DNA of 64,000 nucleotides, from IMG/VR virus record IMGVR_UViG_3300015207_000465, positions 39,410-103,409 of that record; one strand, written 5' to 3'. This DNA comes from a virus (Duplodnaviria > Caudoviricetes). Positions 49,291 to 58,939 of the stretch are shown one piece after another. Position numbers and translations under genes: made by a program. Numbering within the stretch: position 1 is the first letter of the stretch; every line of letters starts with the position of its first letter. The notes beneath the pieces were generated by a model that did no database searches, had not been told where the DNA came from, and saw only the letters and a program-made list of their open reading frames with translations.

Positions 49291-49301
49291 AAATCCCCAA
49301 T

Positions 49302-49763
49302 ATGCCCGAATTAGATACAACCACAAAATATCAGCTTACCGAAGCGGAAAAGACCGATTTGGTCGCCCAGCTCAAGCAATCCTTTACCGATGGCTCTACA
49401 AAGGTGGAAATATCGGAAACATCCAAGGCTGACATCGTTTCGCAGATTTCAAACAAGCTTTCATCCGGCACGTTATCCGTGAACATCAGCGAAGCCGATA
49501 AAGCCGACATCATCCAAGAAGTGCTTGCGGAACTGTATGCAAAATCACAGGGCACCGCGACATTGGAAAAGGTCGGCAATCTTGACGGCGTAACATCAAT
49601 CCCGGCGGTCAGAGATGATAAAGACATCGTAGCCGTGCCGCTCAATCTTCTTATGACAAGCAAGCCCATAGAGGTTAGCGGTCAGCAAGACATCAATATT
49701 CTTGTGGCGCAAGGCAAGATAGTTGACTCCCAGTTTTATTTCACCCCCGTAGAAGACGAATAA
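49302..49763 (+). CDS. Hypothetical tail-region protein with three internal repeats
   Basis: EAEKTDLVAQL / ETSKADIVSQI / EADKADIIQEV. Confidence 0.6.
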   Translation: MPELDTTTKYQLTEAEKTDLVAQLKQSFTDGSTKVEISETSKADIVSQISNKLSSGTLSVNISEADKADIIQEVLAELYAKSQGTATLEKVGNLDGVTSIPAVRDDKDIVAVPLNLLMTSKPIEVSGQQDINILVAQGKIVDSQFYFTPVEDE

Positions 49764-49764
49764 T

Positions 49765-49938
49765 ATGCTTTGGATTGGAAATAAAGAGGTCGGTCAGCTT
49801 TGGATAGGCCAAAAGCAAGTGCAAGCCCTTTATGTCGGAGCTAAACTTGTATGGGAAGCCGTCAGCAGTTGCTTCGGTAGCGGCTTTTGGCGAGAAAAGC
49901 TACCATGGAAAGGGAAAGACGCATGGAAAAATTTTTAA
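49765..49938 (+). CDS. Small Trp-rich protein (57 aa)
   Basis: MLWIGNKEVGQLWIG...LVWEAVSSCFGSGFW...; read by hand. Confidence 0.6.
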   Translation: MLWIGNKEVGQLWIGQKQVQALYVGAKLVWEAVSSCFGSGFWREKLPWKGKDAWKNF

Positions 49939-49958
49939 CCCCAAATACTGTATAACGA

Positions 49959-50210
49959 GTTAAGAAAATCACAAAATGGATTAAGGAAAGCAATCGCTAC
50001 AAGCATCTCGCAGGGGGCATCGCAATAGGCATGGTCAGCAATACGCCTTATTGCGCTGCCCTTTGCGGCTGTGGCGTTGCATCCGCACTTGAGCTAAAAG
50101 ATAAGCTCTGGGGCGGTGAATGGGATTGGATAGACTGGTCGCTGACCGTCGCCGGTGTCGCCATCGGCTATTCCATCCGAGTAGGCATCACATTACTGAT
50201 TAAATCCTGA
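49959..50210 (+). CDS. Small membrane protein (83 aa), probable GTT start; absent from ORF track
   Basis: GA-GTT-AA then KKITKWIKESNRYKHLAGG...LELKDKLWGGEWDWIDW; fills the gap between the flanking genes; first ATG is codon 25. Confidence 0.7.
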   Translation, partial: VKKITKWIKESNRYKHLAGGIAIGMVSNTPYCAALCGCGVASALELKDKLWGGEWDWIDWSLTVAGVAIGYSIRVGITLLIKS

Positions 50211-50215
50211 ACGCT

Positions 50216-53200
50216 ATGGCAAAAGGCAAAGACGAAAAAATCCCGAATATTAGCACTCCTTGGGAGGGCTACGCCGGCAGTCGCGTTGAGGAATTTATCA
50301 AGGCGCGATTTGCTTCTTCGGTGGGCTATCTTCATCGCCCTCAAGAAAAAGGCAGTGACAACAACTATCACCTGTATGGCTTCGCAAGCGAAGACGATTA
50401 CAAGGAATGGAACAGCGACCCCGATGCAAACGCCCATCTGCTGCTGACTGACGTGGCTTTGCCGGAAAGCGGTGGCGGTGGTTCAACTGCAACGAGCTAC
50501 ATCGTCGGTCTTTACACCGACTCGCCCAGCAACATCGTGACAACCGACAACACGGTCAAGCTGAACATTCGCTTTACATCGGAAGAATACAACCCCATCA
50601 CGCAGACAACCGAGTCTACGACCGAGGGCGGTACGTTGACGGTGCAGACACGACTGAACGCACAGTCATCGTGGGTTACACGCGGAACGATAGAAAACAT
50701 CCCGTCTATCCCGGCATCTTCTACTAACGAGTGGTGGCCTATCGACATCACCAACATGTTAAGCAACGGCACACAGCAAGTCCGATTGATTGTGAAAGGC
50801 GATACAACGGAACTGAACACCCGCTATCTGCAATTCACCGTCACAAAGACAACGCTCGGCCTTACTTTCGCTACGCAGTGGGAACGACCGATTACGGATG
50901 GCGTTATGCGCCTTTCCTATTATGTCAGTGGCGCGGTCAGCAAGACCCTGCATATCAAGATTGACAGTCAGCGCGAGGTAGAGCGCAACATCGGCACGTC
51001 GGTTTACACCGAAACACCTATACAGGTTGACGTTTCCGACACTGCGGCTGACACTATCAAGGTATTAACCCACGGCATCCATCAGATTGAAGCGTGGATT
51101 TCGGTCAACGATTCCAAGATTGAAAGTGAACATATCTTCTCACAGGTCATGGTCGCCGCAGACCCCAGCGACACAACTCCGCAGTTTATTCTTAACGATG
51201 TCAAGAGCAAGCTGACCAACTGGACTGCGGAACAGATTTTGACCTATGCGGTTTACAATCCCAGTGGCGAGGCTACGCCTATCAAGTTCATTCTTGAAAG
51301 CTACAACGGCGATAAGCAGTACATGACCCTTGATGTCGGAAACATACCGAGTCAGGTAAGGCAGACGCTTAACAACGTGATTGAAATCGACTCCGAAGAA
51401 ACGACCATCAACGCCTACATGCGCTTTATGTCAGGCGATATGGTCATTCATCCCGTGCTTGGCTTTGAGGTTGACAACTCGGAAAACTTTTCACCGACAA
51501 GCAATCCCGACTTCATTCTGAACCCACGCTCACGCACCAACGACGAAACAAATCCGCAGTCTATCATCAATGCGGCCACCGGTGAGGTCGTTCCGTCTAC
51601 GTGGACTAAATTTGGCCTTAAAGCCGATGGTTGGATTGAAGACAGCAACAAGCAGCGTTGTCTTCGCGTTCTTGCCGGGCGCACCATCAACATTGAACTT
51701 GAAACGCTCAAGGACTATATCGGAACAAACAACCGCTCGTCGCTGACGGTTGAACTTGACATCGCCACACGAAACGCTATCAACACCGACATACCGGTGC
51801 TTCGCATGTGTTCCTATCGTGACGATGGTGGCCCGCAAGGTTTTGAGCTTCGCCCATGGCAGGCCGTCTTTATGACCCGCGACAAACGTGAGCGTGAAGA
51901 CCAAGATGTTATGATAGGGGAAAACGTGCGTACACATATCGCCCTTAACATCATCTATGGCATTAACGGCACAAGCCAGAACTATGTCCGCATATTTGTC
52001 AACGGCATCATCAACCGCGAGTTTGAATGGAGTCCGGAAGACGAATTTGTGCAGTACGTCAATGGTGTTAGGACTTCGCAGGGCATACGCATTGGTTCGG
52101 AATACTGCGACATCGACATCTACGGCATACGCATCTACAACCGTTCACTTTCGGCAACCGACATCCGACAGGACTACATGGCATCACTGCCGACCGTGGC
52201 TGAAAAAATCGCTTTCCGTGAAGCCAACGACATTCTGGGCGACTCCAACCTTATCAGCTACGCCAAGACCCGCGAAAAGTATAACACCATCGTTATCACC
52301 GGTCAAGTGCCGTCTTTCTCAACAGGCAACATCAAAACCAAATGCGATTGGGAAATCCACATCGTCGGCGACCCTGAACATTCCGGTACGCTTAACAATA
52401 TGACCACAAGCGGCCAAGGTACATCCTCTCGTTCATATTGGAAATGGAATTTGCAGGGCAAGCCCAATGATAATACCGACTGGGTTGATGAACTCGGCAA
52501 CCACCACGGCGCAGGGCATCAGCTTGATGACACTGTTCCGTTTGCTACAAAACTTGTAGCCAAACTGAACTGGGCATCGTCGCAGCAGTCGCACAAACTC
52601 GGCTCTTGCAACCTCTTCACCGACCTTTGGCGCAGATGCACCGGCGGCAGTGCCATCACCAATACCCCCGGCTTTGAGAATTGCCGTGTGTCGGTCAAGC
52701 AAAAGCCATTCTTCATGTTCATACGACCTACGGCTGACGCAGAGCCGGTGTTCTATGGTCTTTATACCTATGGCCCCGGAAAGGGCGACAAGCCTACATT
52801 CGGATACGACAAGAAGAAATTCCCCGACTACCTGATGATTGAGGGTTGCGACAATGGCGAGCCTTTGACCAACCATCGCATCCCTTGGAACGAAGACATC
52901 ACCATCGGTGGCGATGAAGACGAGCTTATCATGTTCAATGGTAAGAAGCAGTGGGAAATCGACATGGGCAATTCGGACTCCCTGCCGTATTTCAAAGATG
53001 CTTTCAATTTCATCTACCTTTGCTCACCCCATATTATTCCGTATGCCGGTACGCTTGCGCAGTTGCAGGCGACAACCGACTTGGAAGCAAACCGCCAGAA
53101 GATGTATTGGGTCACTCAAGCATCGGGCAGTTCATCGGCACGTTACGACCTTTACCGCTATGACGAGCTGACGGCGCAGTGGGTTGATGCCGGTGTAGCC

Positions 53201-56104
53201 AAACTTGGCGAGGGAAGATATGCGAAGCTAAACCTTGCGCAGCAGCTTGGCATCACGCCGTCGGGCAACGTCTGGGAAGAAATCAACCAGCAATTCATCA
53301 ATGCACGTGTGCAGAAATTTGCGCGTGAGGCAGGCGACTATTTCAAGTTGAATGATGCGTATTTCCATCAGATGTTCTGCAAGCTGATTGGCGCAAGCGA
53401 TAACCGCGCAAAGAATACATACCAGTATCTTGCAATGCACGATGGAAGCCTTAAAATCCACTTCGCGCAAGATGACCTTGACACCATCTTCTTGACCGAT
53501 AACGTAGGCCGAAAGAACAAGCCCTACTACGTTGAGGAACACGACCGCGACGCAGATGGCGGCACTTTCTGGAATGGTGAAGCCAACGCCCTGTATGACC
53601 TCTTTGAGCTTGCTTTCCCGTCGGAACTGCGAGATATGATGAAGACCATGCTCGGCGAGATGGCAAACTTGGCATCCGACAAATCCCTTATGGGTTGTAT
53701 GGAGGATTACTATTTCCACGTTCAGAAATATTTCCCCGCCGTAGCCTACAACGAAACCGCACGACTCCTTTACGAAGAAGCATCTGCCAAGTGGGTAACT
53801 GGCGATTATATCGCTTCCACACACCCCATCACGCAGTCGCTCGGCGACCAGTTGCAGGGCGAGATGCAGTGGGTCAAACTACGCCTTATCTACCTTTCAT
53901 CGTTCGCATCCTACGGCTCGTTTACGATGAATGGCGAGGGTTCGCTTACTTTCCGTTCTGCGACCACAACCGCCGGTGCTGCGCCTACGTACACGTTTGA
54001 GCTGACTCCGCACATGTGGATTTACCCGGCTGTATCGGCTGGCTCGTCTACCTTGTTCGGTCGTGGAAACGCTTATCCCCAACGTGTGAAAGCCGGCGAA
54101 ACATTCACCCTTGATGGCGTGAACGCCGACAACGATACCAATATTCAGGTACACGGCATCCATTACTACACATCGGTAGGCGAATTTGGCGACAAATCAC
54201 TTTCCGGTGCGTTCACGGTGTCGGGTGAACGTCTTGTTGAGTTCCATGCGTCGAAGCAGCCCATTGAGTTCAGACCATCATCCGTTGAGGTCACTGCGCC
54301 CAATCTTCGCGTCTTTGACATTAAAGGTGCTTCCACAGTGACGGGCAGTGTCAATTTCACTTTGCAGACGCGGCTTGAAAGCATTGATATGCGTGGCACA
54401 TCCATATCGTCGTTCCTTGTTCCTGAACCTACGGGCATCACGTCACTCAAGCTCCCGGCTACGCTGACGCGCTTGCAGTTGACCGACTACATCAACCTTG
54501 ACAGCGAAAACTTTGAACTTGAGGGCGTTACCGCTATCCAAAGTTTTGAGTTTTCAAATTGCCCCACGCTGAATAGCCAGACCATCGTAGCGGGCATCTG
54601 CGCCACACCGGGCAATAACCTTTCCGAGTGCAAGGTACATGATATTTATTGGCGACGCTTCGCCCTTGAACATCTCATGAAACTTGCATCCATAAGGGCT
54701 GATTTGTCGGGCAAGATTGAACTTGACGACTCTGCAACTCCCACATTCGACGAAAAGATTGCGCTCCTTGACGCTTTCGGAAACATCGACAGCGAGTCCA
54801 ACAAGCTCCACATCACCTACAAGAAAGTCTATCTGACGCAGATGGAAATATCGGGCGACACATATTTCAGTCAGCCGGGCGTTTACCCCTTGCAGATTAC
54901 CCCCAATAGCCCACGTGCCAACGATTTCGTGAAGATTGAGTGGTCTATTTCCAAAAACACCTGCAATGCCACGATTGACCCCGTTACCGGTACGTTGACT
55001 CTGCCAAAGGTCGGCACGGAAGCTGAAAAGCCCGAAGCGACAGTCACCTGCAAGGCTACGCTTTCGGATGGTTCTACGCTGACGGCACAGGCGACACTTG
55101 GTTTCTATTTTAGGAAATGTCGCGTCGGCGATGTCGTATTCCACGATGGAACATACTCCGACAAGCCCAACAAAAATAAGGTGGCTATCGGTATCTGCTT
55201 CTACATCGACCCCAAGGATGAAACGCGCCGACTGATGGTGTCTACGCAAGACGTTTCCACTGGTATCCAGTGGGGATTATACTTTAACAACGGTTCTGGT
55301 TCTTGGGCGGAAGGTGGTAGTGACGACCTTAACTACAACATGCGCGACATTGAGCTTGCAGACTCCCCCGGCTACAACGTCTATGACACGCCGGTGGCCA
55401 ACATCGGGTCAAATGGTCTGGGTTCTAGCTACGTGACAGATGCAAACTATCGTGACGAATACACCGATGATGGCTTCAAGGAATTTGGTGACACAGTAGG
55501 TGCTGGCGATATTGGCTTCATGCGTCTGCCCCGTGATTACACATTCCGTGGTGTGACCTACGAGGCTGGCACATATCTGCCGCGTGGCTTCTACAAGACG
55601 CTGCAAATCATTCAGCACCGCAACACCATTCTGCAAGACTCGGATGTCGCATTGCCGTTACCGCAGGCTTCTGCCGATGAAACGGAATTGCAGTGCCTCA
55701 ACCGACTGATGTCTGAAATCGTGCTTGAGCATGATAACCTTGGAAAATGGCGACAGTTCTATTACCCCGCCGCGTCGATGTGCCACTCTTTTGAGCCGTC
55801 GGTCAAAACGGGTATGGAACTTAACGAGAAATTCAAGGCTGGAAATTGGTTCTTGGGTGCGATTGGCGACTATTACCGATGCTACTGGTATCACAAGGAG
55901 CGCAACGTAGCCGATAGCACCTACGCAATCTTTCAAAAGTGGGTGGAATTAGGTTTGTTCAACGCTTGGCGAGCCACATCGTATTGGTCATCCACCGAGT
56001 ACAGTCAGGGCTACGCATGGTACGTCTACTTCACAGATGGCAGCACCAGCGGCTACGGCGGCAAGTACAACAGTAACTCGGTGAGGGCGGTCGCCGCATT
56101 TTAA
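50216..56104 (+). CDS. DGR target protein 1: giant multidomain adhesin/tail-associated protein with C-terminal CLec variable domain
   Basis: 1962 aa; LamG-like, CotH-kinase-like (GQGTSS...DNRAKN...DDLDT), LRR-like and Ig-like segments; ends YWSSTE...VRAVAAF. Confidence 0.8.
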   Translation: MAKGKDEKIPNISTPWEGYAGSRVEEFIKARFASSVGYLHRPQEKGSDNNYHLYGFASEDDYKEWNSDPDANAHLLLTDVALPESGGGGSTATSYIVGLYTDSPSNIVTTDNTVKLNIRFTSEEYNPITQTTESTTEGGTLTVQTRLNAQSSWVTRGTIENIPSIPASSTNEWWPIDITNMLSNGTQQVRLIVKGDTTELNTRYLQFTVTKTTLGLTFATQWERPITDGVMRLSYYVSGAVSKTLHIKIDSQREVERNIGTSVYTETPIQVDVSDTAADTIKVLTHGIHQIEAWISVNDSKIESEHIFSQVMVAADPSDTTPQFILNDVKSKLTNWTAEQILTYAVYNPSGEATPIKFILESYNGDKQYMTLDVGNIPSQVRQTLNNVIEIDSEETTINAYMRFMSGDMVIHPVLGFEVDNSENFSPTSNPDFILNPRSRTNDETNPQSIINAATGEVVPSTWTKFGLKADGWIEDSNKQRCLRVLAGRTINIELETLKDYIGTNNRSSLTVELDIATRNAINTDIPVLRMCSYRDDGGPQGFELRPWQAVFMTRDKREREDQDVMIGENVRTHIALNIIYGINGTSQNYVRIFVNGIINREFEWSPEDEFVQYVNGVRTSQGIRIGSEYCDIDIYGIRIYNRSLSATDIRQDYMASLPTVAEKIAFREANDILGDSNLISYAKTREKYNTIVITGQVPSFSTGNIKTKCDWEIHIVGDPEHSGTLNNMTTSGQGTSSRSYWKWNLQGKPNDNTDWVDELGNHHGAGHQLDDTVPFATKLVAKLNWASSQQSHKLGSCNLFTDLWRRCTGGSAITNTPGFENCRVSVKQKPFFMFIRPTADAEPVFYGLYTYGPGKGDKPTFGYDKKKFPDYLMIEGCDNGEPLTNHRIPWNEDITIGGDEDELIMFNGKKQWEIDMGNSDSLPYFKDAFNFIYLCSPHIIPYAGTLAQLQATTDLEANRQKMYWVTQASGSSSARYDLYRYDELTAQWVDAGVAKLGEGRYAKLNLAQQLGITPSGNVWEEINQQFINARVQKFAREAGDYFKLNDAYFHQMFCKLIGASDNRAKNTYQYLAMHDGSLKIHFAQDDLDTIFLTDNVGRKNKPYYVEEHDRDADGGTFWNGEANALYDLFELAFPSELRDMMKTMLGEMANLASDKSLMGCMEDYYFHVQKYFPAVAYNETARLLYEEASAKWVTGDYIASTHPITQSLGDQLQGEMQWVKLRLIYLSSFASYGSFTMNGEGSLTFRSATTTAGAAPTYTFELTPHMWIYPAVSAGSSTLFGRGNAYPQRVKAGETFTLDGVNADNDTNIQVHGIHYYTSVGEFGDKSLSGAFTVSGERLVEFHASKQPIEFRPSSVEVTAPNLRVFDIKGASTVTGSVNFTLQTRLESIDMRGTSISSFLVPEPTGITSLKLPATLTRLQLTDYINLDSENFELEGVTAIQSFEFSNCPTLNSQTIVAGICATPGNNLSECKVHDIYWRRFALEHLMKLASIRADLSGKIELDDSATPTFDEKIALLDAFGNIDSESNKLHITYKKVYLTQMEISGDTYFSQPGVYPLQITPNSPRANDFVKIEWSISKNTCNATIDPVTGTLTLPKVGTEAEKPEATVTCKATLSDGSTLTAQATLGFYFRKCRVGDVVFHDGTYSDKPNKNKVAIGICFYIDPKDETRRLMVSTQDVSTGIQWGLYFNNGSGSWAEGGSDDLNYNMRDIELADSPGYNVYDTPVANIGSNGLGSSYVTDANYRDEYTDDGFKEFGDTVGAGDIGFMRLPRDYTFRGVTYEAGTYLPRGFYKTLQIIQHRNTILQDSDVALPLPQASADETELQCLNRLMSEIVLEHDNLGKWRQFYYPAASMCHSFEPSVKTGMELNEKFKAGNWFLGAIGDYYRCYWYHKERNVADSTYAIFQKWVELGLFNAWRATSYWSSTEYSQGYAWYVYFTDGSTSGYGGKYNSNSVRAVAAF
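55985..56101 (+). repeat. DGR variable repeat VR1
   Basis: Differs from TR only at TR adenines, plus one extra codon. Confidence 0.95.
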
Positions 56105-56112
56105 TCCGGTAC

Positions 56113-56138
56113 GCAAGGGGTCGTTCCCGACCCCTTGC
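56113..56138 (+). other. DGR target-recognition hairpin after VR1
   Basis: Perfect 11-bp stem GCAAGGGGTCG-TTCC-CGACCCCTTGC. Confidence 0.85.
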
Positions 56139-56232
56139 ACTCATCGGAAACTATGTCTACCACAATAAGATTAAATCAACGTAATAACAAATTCAAAATC
56201 AATACGATAAGCAACGCATAATTATTAAAAGC

Positions 56233-56628
56233 ATGTCAAAACCCGCACAACTACCAATCTATCGCGCAGTCGAGCGTTTGATGATATGGGCTATCCCGGT
56301 CGTTGAACGTCTTCCCAAATCGCTTCCCTTTCAAACCCTTGGTGGCCTACTCATCCGCGACATCAGAGAATGTATGGATGCTGTAATTCTGACTACACAA
56401 GCCGCCGGTTACACACGCATCGAGTCCTTGCATATCTTGATTGCACGCATGACTTCCGTCAAAACGACAATGCGGGTGCTTAAAGCATCGAAGAAGATTA
56501 CGGCTCAACAGGAAGTGCAATTCTTGGATTTGATAAATCCCATAGCCATGCAAGCGGGAGCATGGATGTGCAAGATTAGAAAGGAAGTATCTCCAAATTC
56601 AGACAATGATACTGCCGACCCTAAATAA
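56233..56628 (+). CDS. avd: DGR accessory variability determinant (Avd-like four-helix bundle)
   Basis: 131-aa helical protein between VR and TR/RT; LPIY, RLPKS, Q.GAW motifs. Confidence 0.8.
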   Translation: MSKPAQLPIYRAVERLMIWAIPVVERLPKSLPFQTLGGLLIRDIRECMDAVILTTQAAGYTRIESLHILIARMTSVKTTMRVLKASKKITAQQEVQFLDLINPIAMQAGAWMCKIRKEVSPNSDNDTADPK

Positions 56629-56669
56629 GTCGGCAACATCATATCAAGGAAACATTCAAGACTACGGTT

Positions 56670-58256
56670 ATGGATGTTGTGAATTTTCTTTTATCAAATG
56701 GGTATAGCACTGGGGTGTCTTCCGTAGATACCTTAGTTAAATCAGGTTTGGCTCATGCTGCCGGTGGGTCTTATGAAACGCCGACACATTCCAAACCAGT
56801 CTATACATTGTGGTCATCCACCGAGAACAGTCAGAACAACGCATGGAACGTCAACTTCACAGATGGCAACACCAACAACAACAACAAGTACAACAGTAAC
56901 TCGGTGAGGGCGGTCGCCGCATTTGATGAAGAAATTAAAATTGGATGGATTGATGCTTTTGATGATTGCTGCGCAAAGAAGAAATCCTCTCCGCAGTGCA
57001 ATGCTTATCGTATTGATTATGAATTTGATTTATGGATGCTTATAGCTTCGGTATATCAACGGAACTACACGCCATCCATAAGCACTTGCTTCATGGTTAC
57101 ACATCCGAAGTTGCGTGAAATCTTTGCAGCGCATTTCCGCGACCGCATTGTGCAACATTGGATTATCATCCGGCTGGAGCCACTATTTGAGAAGCGTTTC
57201 AATGAACAGGGTAATGTCAGCTTCAACTGCCGAAAGAATTTCGGAACACTTAAAGCCGTTGCCGCTCTTGAAAACGACATCATAGAGGTAAGCCAGAACT
57301 ATACCAAGGAAGCATGGGTCGGAAGATTTGACCTTAAATCTTTCTTTATGAGCATAGACCTCACAATCTTATGGAGATTGCTGAAAGCCTTTATCATAAA
57401 GGAATATAAGGGAGGTGACATCGACACCTTAATATATCTGACCGAAATCGTAGTATTTCATCGCCCACAAGAAAACTGCTATCGCAATGGAAACGTAGCC
57501 TTATGGGATGACCTCCCACCGCACAAGTCGTTATTCAATCTGCTTGCCCTTATTGGGATGGCTATCGGAAATCTTACCAGTCAGCAATTCGCCAATTTCT
57601 ACATGTCATTCTTTGATGAATTTATGATATGGCTATGTGCGAGGTATGGTTGCAGATACGAGCGGTTTGTGGATGATTTTACGGTCGTTGGAAACAAGGA
57701 TATTATATTAAAGGTAATACGGCCTTTGGCAGACAAATTTCTTGCAAAGAGGCTGAACGTATCGTTACACCACGACAAGTTTTACATCCAGCCGGTCAGA
57801 CACGGAGTCAAGTATGTTGGAACAGTCATTATGCCCGGTCGCAAATACATCAGCAACCGCACCGTGGGCGGTATGATTGACAAATTAAGGATGACAGACA
57901 AGGTTTGTACGTCTATCTTACGAGGAAACCTTAATAGTCGCAAGTTAGAGCTGCTTCGGCATTGTATTGCCGCACTTAATTCCTACCTTGGCTTCATGGT
58001 TCATGTGAATGGCCATAACCTACGCCGAAAAATCTTAAATGGTGCATCGCAAGCCTTTTGGGATGTCTGCTATGTTCAAGGTGACTACACCGTGATTAAG
58101 ATTATGAAGCGATACCGACTTACCACATTTCTTAAAGAACAGGAAGATGCAGAAAACAACATTGCAATACGACAATCAGCGACCCCAGCCCGTAGAGGTG
58201 CAAAAGCACTGCGGAATGAAAATCCGCATCATAAATTTCGACGTGGAAAACGCTGA
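56670..58256 (+). CDS. DGR reverse transcriptase (start uncertain; TR lies in frame in the 5' part)
   Basis: PKLREIFAAHFRDRIVQH, DLKSFF.SI, G.AIGNLTSQ.FAN.Y (DGR-type GxxxSQ), RFVDDF. Confidence 0.95.
   Translation: MDVVNFLLSNGYSTGVSSVDTLVKSGLAHAAGGSYETPTHSKPVYTLWSSTENSQNNAWNVNFTDGNTNNNNKYNSNSVRAVAAFDEEIKIGWIDAFDDCCAKKKSSPQCNAYRIDYEFDLWMLIASVYQRNYTPSISTCFMVTHPKLREIFAAHFRDRIVQHWIIIRLEPLFEKRFNEQGNVSFNCRKNFGTLKAVAALENDIIEVSQNYTKEAWVGRFDLKSFFMSIDLTILWRLLKAFIIKEYKGGDIDTLIYLTEIVVFHRPQENCYRNGNVALWDDLPPHKSLFNLLALIGMAIGNLTSQQFANFYMSFFDEFMIWLCARYGCRYERFVDDFTVVGNKDIILKVIRPLADKFLAKRLNVSLHHDKFYIQPVRHGVKYVGTVIMPGRKYISNRTVGGMIDKLRMTDKVCTSILRGNLNSRKLELLRHCIAALNSYLGFMVHVNGHNLRRKILNGASQAFWDVCYVQGDYTVIKIMKRYRLTTFLKEQEDAENNIAIRQSATPARRGAKALRNENPHHKFRRGKR
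56811..56924 (+). repeat. DGR template repeat (TR)
   Basis: AAC-rich copy of VR1 and VR2; no stop codon or hairpin follows it. Confidence 0.95.
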
Positions 58257-58533
58257 TGTTGAAGAATACAAATACAAGTGGAAAAGGGTAACACTGCCCA
58301 TATCCGTGTGGAGCTATTCTGCTATTGTGGCCGCTATCATCAATGCCGCTTACCCGGCTGACGATATGCAGGCAATCAATAATAACTATCTGCGCACATT
58401 GGATGGCAGTCAGCTTGACCCCAACAAGAAAGCGGAATATCTTGACGAACACCACGCCATGAACGCTTACCGCGACCACGCAAAGACAGTGGCCCTTGAG
58501 CTTCTTGCCTATGCGGAGGAACACAATCTTTGA
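58147..58533 (+). CDS. Hypothetical phage protein
   Basis: Y.AIV.AII...YP.D.MQAI.NNYL pattern; overlaps the RT 3' end. Confidence 0.65.
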   Translation: MQKTTLQYDNQRPQPVEVQKHCGMKIRIINFDVENADVEEYKYKWKRVTLPISVWSYSAIVAAIINAAYPADDMQAINNNYLRTLDGSQLDPNKKAEYLDEHHAMNAYRDHAKTVALELLAYAEEHNL

Positions 58534-58558
58534 ACAAACCCCTTAAAACAACATTACA

Positions 58559-58855
58559 ATGAGCAATTTTACAACAACGTGGCCCGAAATTCTTTATCGT
58601 GCCTTTCTCGGCTTCGTAATAGCCGCAGTGATTAGCCCGCTTATCGCCCACATTCCACCGCACATCAAATGGCTGTCGTGGCTTGCCGGCCTTGTCGCCG
58701 CCCTCGCGCTTGGTGTTTACCATGTCGTAAAGACTGTGAAAGCCAACAAAAATGACGGGGCAATTCTTCTGCGAACCATTCCGACACTCATCTTCTATAT
58801 TGTGGGTGGCGCAATCGGTGGTCTGATAGGCGCATTAGCCGCACATAACATCTAA
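58559..58855 (+). CDS. Small multi-TM membrane protein
   Basis: Three hydrophobic stretches. Confidence 0.65.
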   Translation: MSNFTTTWPEILYRAFLGFVIAAVISPLIAHIPPHIKWLSWLAGLVAALALGVYHVVKTVKANKNDGAILLRTIPTLIFYIVGGAIGGLIGALAAHNI

Positions 58856-58939
58856 ACCCATTCAGCGACTTGCATTGATATTCCGTCAGTGCAAGCCGCT
58901 TTATTGCAACCAATCAATCACATCTAACATCAACCGACA

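Noticed and set aside
56860-56900. AAC microsatellite or CRISPR-like repeat
   Set aside because: Explained by the DGR template repeat; no repeat-spacer array was seen anywhere in the window.
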